In this document: positions 54,901 to 64,000 of the stretch, one piece after another
Numbering within the stretch: position 1 is the stretch's first letter
Layout of the letters: the number at the start of each line of letters is the position of its first letter
Assembly (NCBI GenBank): GCA_964016885.1
Contig: OZ024764.1
Span: forward strand, 124,001 to 188,000
DNA: 64,000 bases
Source of the DNA: Eledone cirrhosa
Lineage: Eukaryota
Direction of reading: 5' to 3'
Position numbers and translations under genes: made by a program
The notes under the pieces: model-generated
Seen by the model: only the letters and a program-made list of their open reading frames with translations
Told to the model about the DNA's origin: nothing
Databases searched by the model: none

Positions 54901-57270
54901 AGTTGACCTATACTAAAGGGTTTCACCGATAGGGTTATATGTTATAATTCCCCAGTTGGCCTATACTAAAGGGCTTCACTGATAGGGTTATATGTTATAA
55001 TTCCCCAGTTGACCTATACTAAAGGGCTTCACTGATAGGGTTATATGTTATAATTTCCCAGTTGACCTATACTAAAGGGCTTCACTGATAGGGTTATATG
55101 TTATAATTCCCCAGTTGACCTATACTAAAGGGCTTCACTGATAGGGTTATATGTTATAATTTCCCAGTTGACCTATACTAAAGGGCTTCACTGATAGGGT
55201 TATATGTTATAATTCCCCAGTTGACCTATACTAAAGGGCTTCACTGTTAGGGTTATATGTTATAATTCCCCAGTTGACCTATACTAAAGGGCTTCACTGA
55301 TAGGGTTATATGTTATAATTCCCCAGTTGACCTATACTAAAGGGCTTCACTGATAGGGTTATATGTTATAATTTCCCAGTTGACCTATACTAAGGGGCTT
55401 CACTGATAGGGTTATGTGTGTTATAATTCCCCAGTTGACCTATACTAAAGGACTTCACTGATAGGGTTATATGTTATAATTCCCCAGTTGACCTATACTA
55501 AAGGACTTCACTGATAGGGTTATATGTTATAATTCCCCAGTTGACCTATACTAAAGGGCTTCACTGATAGGGTTATATGTTATAATTTCCCAGTTGACCT
55601 ATACTAAAGGGCTTCACTGATAGGGTTATATGTTATAATTTCCCAGTTGACCTATACTAAAGGGTTTCACTGATAGGGTTATATGTTATAATTTCCCAGT
55701 TGGCCTATACTAAAGGGCTTCACTGATAGGGTTATATGTTATAATTCCCCAGTTGACCTATACTAAAGGGTTTCACTGATAGGGTTATATGTTATAATTT
55801 CCCAGTTGGCCTAAACTAAAGGACTTCACTGATAGGGTTATATGTTATAATTCCCCAGTTGACCTATACTAAAGGACTTCACTGATAGGGTTATATGTTA
55901 TAATTCCCCAGTTGACCTATACTAAAGGGCTTCACTGATAGGGTTATATGTTATAATTTCCAGTTGACCTATACTAAAGGGTTTCACTGATAGGGTTATA
56001 TGTTATAATTCCCCAGTTGGCCTATACTAAAGGGCTTCACTGATAGGGTTATATGTTATAATTCCCCAGTTGACCTATACTAAAGGGCTTCACTGATAGG
56101 GTTATATGTTATAATTTCCCAGTTGACCTATACTAAAGGGCTTCACTGATAGGGTTATATGTTATAATTCCCCAGTTGACCTATACTAAAGGGCTTCACT
56201 GATAGGGTTATATGTTATAATTTCCCAGTTGACCTATACTAAAGGGCTTCACTGATAGGGTTATATGTTATAATTCCCCAGTTGACCTATACTAATGGGC
56301 TTCACTGTTAGGGTTATATGTTATAATTCCCCAGTTGACCTATACTAAAGGGCTTCACTGATAGGGTTATACGTTATAATTCCCCAGTTGACCTATACTA
56401 AAGGGCTTCACTGATAGGGTTATATGTTATAATTTCCCAGTTGACCTATACTAAAGGGCTTCACTGATAGGGTTATATGTTATAATTTCCCAGTTGACCT
56501 ATACTAAAGGGCTTCACTGATAGGGTTATATGTTATAATTTCCCCAGTTGACCTATACTAAAGGGCTTCACTGATCGGGTTATATGTTATAATTTCCCAG
56601 TTGACCTATACTAAAGGGCTTCACTGATAGGGTTATATGTTATAATTCCCCAGTTGACCTATACTAAAGGGCTTCACTGATAGGGTTATATGTTATAATT
56701 CCCCAGTTGACCTATACTAAAGGGCTTCACTGATAGGGTTATATGTTATAATTCCCCAGTTGACCTATACTAAAGGGCTTCACTGATAGGGTTATATGTT
56801 ATAATTCCCCAGTTGACCTATACTAAAGGGCTTCACTGATAGGGTTATATGTTATAATTCCCCAGTTGACCTATACTAAAGGGTTTCACTGATAGGGTTA
56901 TATGTTATAATTTCCCAGTTGACCTATACTAAAGGGTTTCACTGATAGGGTTATATGTTATAATTCCCCAGTTGGCCTATACTAAAGGGCTTCAGTGATA
57001 GGGTTATATGTTATAATTTCCCAGTTGACCTATACTAAAGGGCTTCACTGATAGGGTTATATGTCATAATTCCCCAGTTGACCTATACTAAAGGGCTTCA
57101 CTGTTAGGGTTATATGTTATAATTCCCCAGTTGACCTATACTAAAGGGCTTCACTGATAGGGTTATATGTTATAATTCCCCAGTTGACCTATACTAAAGG
57201 GCTTCACTGATAGGGTTATATGTTATAATTTCCCAGTTGACCTATACTAAAGGGCTTCACTGATAGGGTT
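48790..57270. repeat. Tandem duplication with period 4237 bp (80 monomers)
   Basis: Markers: TAGCGTT 49211/53448, AAGTACT 49779/54016, ACTAATGGG 52059/56296. Confidence 0.9.
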
Positions 57271-60200
57271 ATATGTTATAATTTCCCAGTTGACCTATAC
57301 TAAAGGGCTTCACTGATAGGGTTATATGTTATAATTTCCCCAGTTGACCTATACTAAAGGGCTTCACTGATAGGGTTATATGTTATAATTTCCCAGTTGA
57401 CCTATACTAAAGGGCTTCACTGATAGGGTTATATGTTATAATTCCCCAGTTGACCTATATTAAAGGGCTTCACTGATAGGGTTGTGTGTGTTATAATTTC
57501 CCAGTTGACCTGTACTAAAGGGCTTCACTGATAGGGTTATATGTTATAATTCCCCAGTTGACCTATACTAAAGGACTTCACTGATAGGGTTATATGTTAT
57601 AATTCCCCAGTTGACCTATACTAAAGGGCTTCACTGATAGGGTTATATGTTATAATTTCCCAGTTGACCTATACTAAAGGGCTTCACTGATAGGGTTATA
57701 TGTTATAATTCCCCAGTTGACCTATACTAAAGGGCTTCACTGATAGGGTTATATGTTATAATTCCCCAGTTGACCTATACTAAAGGGTTTCACTGATAGG
57801 GTTATATGTTATAATTCCCCAGTTGGCCTATACTAAAGGGCTTCACTGATAGGGTTATATGTTATAATTCCCCAGTTGACCTATACTAAAGGGCTTCACT
57901 GATAGGGTTATGTGTTATAATTCCCCAGTTGACCTATACTAAAGGGTTTCACTGATAGGGTTATATGTTATAATTTCCCAGTTGACCTATACTAAAGGGC
58001 TTCACTGATAGGGTTATATGTTATAATTCCCCAGTTGACCTATACTAAAGGGCTTCACTGATAGGATTATGTGTTATAATTCCCCAGTTGACCTATACTA
58101 AAGGGCTTCACTGATAGGGTTATATGTTATAATTCCCTAGTTGACCTATACTAAAGGGCTTCACTGAGAGGGTTATATGTTATAATTCCCCAGTTGACCT
58201 ATACGAAAGGGCTTCACTGATAGGGTTATATGTTATAATTCCCCAGTTGACCTATACTAAAGGGCTTCACTGATAGGGTTATATGTTATAATTCCCCAGT
58301 TGACCTATACTAAAGGGCTTCACTGATAGGGTTATATGTTATAATTCCCCAGTTGACCTATACTAAAGGGCTTCACTGATAGGGTTATATGTTATAATTC
58401 CCCAGTTGACCTATACTAAAGGGCTTCACTGATAGGGCTATTTGTTATAATTCCCCAGTTGACCTATACTAAAGGGCTTCACTGATAGGGTTATATGTTA
58501 TAATTCCCCAGTTGACCTATACTAAAGGGCTTCACTGATAGGGCTATATGTTATAATTCCCCAGTTGACCTATACTAAAGGGCTTCACTGATAGGGTTAT
58601 ATGTTATAATTCCCCAGTTGACCTATACTAAAGGGCTTCACTGATAGGGTTATATGTTATAATTCCCCAGTTGACCTATACTAAAGGGCTTCACTGATAG
58701 GGTTATATGTTATAATTCCCCAGTTGACCTATACTAAAGGACTTCACTGATAGGGTTATATGTTATAATTCCCCAGTTGACCTATACTAAAGGGCTTCAC
58801 TGATAGGGTTATATGTTATAATTTCCCAGTTGACCTATACTAAAGGGCTTCACTGATAGGGTTATATGTTATAATTCCCCAGTTGACCTATACTAAAGGG
58901 CTTCACTGATAGGGTTATATGTTATAATTCCCCAGTTGACCTATACTAAAGGGCTTCACTGATAGGGTTATATGTTATAATTTCCCAGTTGACCTATACT
59001 AAAGGGCTTCACTGATAGGGTTATATGTTATAATTCCCCAGATGACCTATATTAAAGGGCTTCACTGATAGGGTTGTGTGTGTTATAATTTCCCAGTTGA
59101 CCTGTACTAAAGGGCTTCACTGATAGGGTTATATGTTATAATTCCCCAGTTGACCTATACTAAAGGGCTTCACTGATAGGGTTATATGTTATAATTCCCC
59201 AGTTGACCTATACTAAAGGACTTCACTGATAGGGTTATATGTTATAATTCCCCAGTTGACCTATACTAAAGGGCTTCACTGATAGGGTTATATGTTATAA
59301 TTCCCCAGTTGACCTATACTAAAGGGTTTCACTGATAGGGTTATATGTTATAATTCCCCAGTTGGCCTATACTAAAGGGCTTCACTGATAGGGTTATATG
59401 TTATAATTCCCCAGTTGACCTATACTAAAGGGCTTCACTGATAGGGTTATGTGTTATAATTCCCCAGTTGACCTATACTAAAGGGTTTCACTGATAGGGT
59501 TATATGTTATAATTTCCCAGTTGACCTATACTAAAGGGCTTCACTGATAGGGTTATATGTTATAATTCCCCAGTTGACCTATACTAAAGGGCTTCACTGA
59601 TAGGATTATGTGTTATAATTCCCCAGTTGACCTATACTAAAGGGCTTCACTGATAGGGTTATATGTTATAATTCCCTAGTTGACCTATACTAAAGGGCTT
59701 CACTGATAGGGTTATATGTTATAATTCCCCAGTTGACCTATACGAAAGGGCTTCACTGATAGGGTTATATGTTATAATTCCCCAGTTGACCTATACTAAA
59801 GGGCTTCACTGATAGGGTTATATGTTATAATTCCCCAGTTGACCTATACTAAAGGGCTTCACTGATAGGGTTATATGTTATAATTCCCCAGTTGACCTAT
59901 ACTAAAGGGCTTCACTGATAGGGTTATATGTTATAATTCCCCAGTTGACCTATACTAAAGGGCTTCACTGATAGGGCTATATGTTATAATTCCCCAGTTG
60001 ACCTATACTAAAGGGCTTCACTGATAGGGTTATATGTTATAATTCCCCAGTTGACCTATACTAAAGGGCTTCACTGATAGGGCTATATGTTATAATTCCC
60101 CAGTTGACCTATACTAAAGGGCTTCACTGATAGGGTTATATGTTATAATTTCCCAGTTGACCTATACTAAAGGGCTTCACTGATAGGGTTATATGTTATA

Positions 60201-63200
60201 ATTTCCCAGTTCACCTATACTAAAGGGCTTCACTGATAGGGTTATATATAATTCCCCAATTGACCTATACTAAAGGACTTCACTGATAGGGTTATATGTG
60301 TTATAATTCCCAGTTGACCTATATTAAAGGGCTTCACTGATAGGGTTATATGTTATAATTCCCCAGTTGACCTATACGAAATGCTTCACTGATAGGGTTA
60401 TATGTTATAATTCCCCAGTTGACCTATACTAAAGGGCTTGACTGATAGGGTTATATGTTATAATTCCCCAGTTGACCTATACTAAATGCTTCACTGATAG
60501 GGTTATATGTTATAATTCCCCAGTTGACCTATACTAAAGGGCTTCACTGATAGGGTTATATGTGTTATAATTCCCAGTTGACCTATATTAAAGGGCTTCA
60601 CTGATAGGGTTATATGTTATAATTCCCCAGTTGACCTATACTAAATGCTTCACTGATAGGGTTATATGTTATAATTCCCCAGTTGACCTATACTAAAGGG
60701 CTTCACTGATAGGGTTATATGTTATAATTTCCCAGTTGACCTATACTAAAGGGCTCCACTGATAGGGTTATATGTTATAATTTCCCAGTTGGCCTATACT
60801 AAAGGGCTTCACTGATAGGGATATATGTGTTATAATTCCCCAGTTGACCTATACTAAAGGACTTCACTGATAGGGTTATATGTTATAATTCCCCAGTTGA
60901 CCTATACTAAAGGGCTTCACTGATAGGGTTATATGTTATAATTCCCCAGTTGGCCTATACTAAAGGGCTTCACTGATAGGGTTATATGTTATAATTCCCC
61001 AGTTGACCTATACTAAAGGGTTTCACTGATAGGGTTATATGTTATAATTCCCCAGTTGACCTATACTAAAGGGGTTCACTGATAGGGTTATATGTTATAA
61101 TTTCCCAGTTGGCCTATACTAAAGGGCTTCACTGATAGGGTTATATGTTATAATTCCCCAGTTGACCTATATTAAAGGGCTTCACTGATAGGGTTATATG
61201 TTATAATTCCCCAGTTGACCTATACTAAAGGGCTTCACTGATAGGGTTATATGTTATAATTCCCCAGTTGACCTATACTAAAGGGTTTCACTGATAGGGT
61301 TATATGTTATAATTCCCCAGTTGACCTATACTAAAGGGTTTCACTGATAGGGTTATATGTTATAATTCCCCAGTTGACCTATACTAAAGGGCTTCACTGA
61401 TAGGGTTATATGTTATAATTTCCCAGTTGACCTATACTAAAGGGCTTCACTGATAGGGTTATATGTTATAATTTCCCAGTTCACCTATACTAAAGGGCTT
61501 CACTGATAGGGTTATATATAATTCCCCAGTTGACCTATACTAAAGGACTTCACTGATAGGGTTATATGTTATAATTCCCCAGTTGACCTATACTAAAGGA
61601 CTTCACTGATAGGGTTATATGTTATAATTTCCCAGTTCACCTATACTAAAGGGCTTCACTGATAGGGCTATATGTTATAATTCCCCAGTTGACCTATACT
61701 AAAGGGCTTCACTGATAGGGTTATATGTTATAATTCCCCAGTTGACCTATACTAAAGGGCTTCACTGATAGGGTTATATGTTATAATTCCCCAGTTGACC
61801 TATACTAAAGGGCTTCACTGATAGGGTTATATGTTATAATTCCCCAGTTGACCTATACTAAAGGACTTCACTGATAGGGTTATATGTTATAATTCCCCAG
61901 TTGACCTATACTAAAGGGCTTCACTGATAGGGTTATATGTTATAATTTCCCAGTTGACCTATACTAAAGGGCTTCACTGATAGGGTTATATGTTATAATT
62001 CCCCAGTTGACCTATACTAAAGGGCTTCACTGATAGGGTTATATGTTATAATTCCCCAGTTGACCTATACTAAAGGGCTTCACTGATAGGGTTATATGTT
62101 ATAATTTCCCAGTTGACCTATACTAAAGGGCTTCACTGATAGGGTTATATGTTATAATTCCCCAGATGACCTATATTAAAGGGCTTCACTGATAGGGTTG
62201 TGTGTGTTATAATTTCCCAGTTGACCTGTACTAAAGGGCTTCACTGATAGGGTTATATGTTATAATTCCCCAGTTGACCTATACTAAAGGGCTTCACTGA
62301 TAGGGTTATATGTTATAATTCCCCAGTTGACCTATACTAAAGGACTTCACTGATAGGGTTATATGTTATAATTCCCCAGTTGACCTATACTAAAGGGCTT
62401 CACTGATAGGGTTATATGTTATAATTCCCCAGTTGACCTATACTAAAGGGTTTCACTGATAGGGTTATATGTTATAATTCCCCAGTTGGCCTATACTAAA
62501 GGGCTTCACTGATAGGGTTATATGTTATAATTCCCCAGTTGACCTATACTAAAGGGCTTCACTGATAGGGTTATGTGTTATAATTCCCCAGTTGACCTAT
62601 ACTAAAGGGTTTCACTGATAGGGTTATATGTTATAATTTCCCAGTTGACCTATACTAAAGGGCTTCACTGATAGGGTTATATGTTATAATTCCCCAGTTG
62701 ACCTATACTAAAGGGCTTCACTGATAGGATTATGTGTTATAATTCCCCAGTTGACCTATACTAAAGGGCTTCACTGATAGGGTTATATGTTATAATTCCC
62801 TAGTTGACCTATACTAAAGGGCTTCACTGATAGGGTTATATGTTATAATTCCCCAGTTGACCTATACGAAAGGGCTTCACTGATAGGGTTATATGTTATA
62901 ATTCCCCAGTTGACCTATACTAAAGGGCTTCACTGATAGGGTTATATGTTATAATTCCCCAGTTGACCTATACTAAAGGGCTTCACTGATAGGGTTATAT
63001 GTTATAATTCCCCAGTTGACCTATACTAAAGGGCTTCACTGATAGGGCTATATGTTATAATTCCCCAGTTGACCTATACTAAAGGGCTTCACTGATAGGG
63101 TTATATGTTATAATTCCCCAGTTGACCTATACTAAAGGGCTTCACTGATAGGGCTATATGTTATAATTCCCCAGTTGACCTATACTAAAGGGCTTCACTG

Positions 63201-64000
63201 ATAGGGTTATATGTTATAATTTCCCAGTTGACCTATACTAAAGGGCTTCACTGATAGGGTTATATGTTATAATTTCCCAGTTCACCTATACTAAAGGGCT
63301 TCACTGATAGGGTTATATATAATTCCCCAATTGACCTATACTAAAGGACTTCACTGATAGGGTTATATGTGTTATAATTCCCAGTTGACCTATATTAAAG
63401 GGCTTCACTGATAGGGTTATATGTTATAATTCCCCAGTTGACCTATACGAAATGCTTCACTGATAGGGTTATATGTTATAATTCCCCAGTTGACCTATAC
63501 TAAAGGGCTTGACTGATAGGGTTATATGTTATAATTCCCCAGTTGACCTATACTAATTGCTTCACTGATAGGGTTATATGTTATAATTCCCCAGTTGACC
63601 TATACTAAAGGGCTTCACTGATAGGGTTATATGTGTTATAATTCCCAGTTGACCTATATTAAAGGGCTTCACTGATAGGGTTATATGTTATAATTCCCCA
63701 GTTGACCTATACTAAATGCTTCACTGATAGGGTTATATGTTATAATTCCCCAGTTGACCTATACTAAAGGGCTTCACTGATAGGGTTATATGTTATAATT
63801 TCCCAGTTGACCTATACTAAAGGGCTCCACTGATAGGGTTATATGTTATAATTTCCCAGTTGGCCTATACTAAAGGGCTTCACTGATAGGGATATATGTG
63901 TTATAATTCCCCAGTTGACCTATACTAAAGGACTTCACTGATAGGGTTATATGTTATAATTCCCCAGTTGACCTATACTAAAGGGCTTCACTGATAGGGT

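Larger units (their letters stand above)
1..64000. repeat. Tandem satellite array, 53-bp monomer (CTAAAGGGCTTCACTGATAGGGTTATATGTTATAATTCCCCAGTTGACCTATA), ~1,200 head-to-tail copies, extends beyond both window ends; family not recognised
   Basis: Seen directly: CTAAAGGG starts at 1, 54, 107, 160 and the same unit continues to position 64000. I saw no spacer, inversion or insertion. Copy number is 64000 divided by ~53. Confidence 0.99.

Noticed and set aside
1-64000. CRISPR array
   Set aside because: Units are directly adjacent with no unique spacers, and there is no leader or cas gene in the window.
1-64000. Protein-coding repeat ORF on either strand
   Set aside because: 53 is not a multiple of 3. 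The plus strand has stops at monomer positions 2, 15, 18, 33 and 45, and the minus strand has five stops per monomer (CTA, TCA, TTA, TTA, CTA on plus). All frames close within about two monomers.
1-64000. Functional engineered tetO array or TRE
   Set aside because: No monomer contains the full 19-bp palindromic operator, there is no vector or linker sequence, and the variants show hierarchical natural-looking divergence. The partial match is kept as a finding only.
1-64000. True telomere tract
   Set aside because: There are no tandem TTAGGG or TTTAGGG runs, only isolated motifs inside a 53-bp unit.
1-64000. Rolling-circle or sequencing concatemer of a single small circle
   Set aside because: Variants are neither random nor strictly periodic. 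They recur in ordered multi-kb blocks at many different offsets and change along the window, which indicates inherited genomic history.
1-64000. Information-bearing code in the order of variant monomers
   Set aside because: The order is adequately explained by nested duplication and slippage, and nothing in the window suggests a reader or writer mechanism.

Overview
The whole 64,000-bp window is one uninterrupted, head-to-tail tandem array (satellite DNA) of a 53-bp monomer. The consensus is CTAAAGGGCTTCACTGATAGGGTTATATGTTATAATTCCCCAGTTGACCTATA (20/53, ~38% GC, no CpG), present in about 1,200 copies, all in one orientation and running off both window ends. Most monomers differ from consensus by 0-2 changes, and length variants of 50, 52, 54 and 55 bp occur. 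I found no protein-coding gene, RNA gene, transposon, CRISPR array or unique sequence, and every reading frame on both strands is closed within about two monomers. I cannot assign the repeat to a named family or organism; its size and organisation look like eukaryotic satellite or subtelomeric heterochromatin (inference). The structure I can support lies in the rare variants. They act as barcodes for a nested patchwork of near-identical segmental duplications (offsets 1323, 1701, 1704, 2070, 3071, 3394, 3950, 4237, 6021, 8803, 10558, 15735, 20452 and 21219 bp) and for a left-to-right turnover of variant alleles. The monomer also has some motif resemblances: a 12-bp match to the tetO2 operator, an extended -10 box TGnTATAAT, and near-telomeric TAGGGTTA. 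These may be coincidental. I cannot support a claim of a new gene-encoded system. Offsets were counted by hand from marker variants, and duplication boundaries are approximate (within a few monomers).
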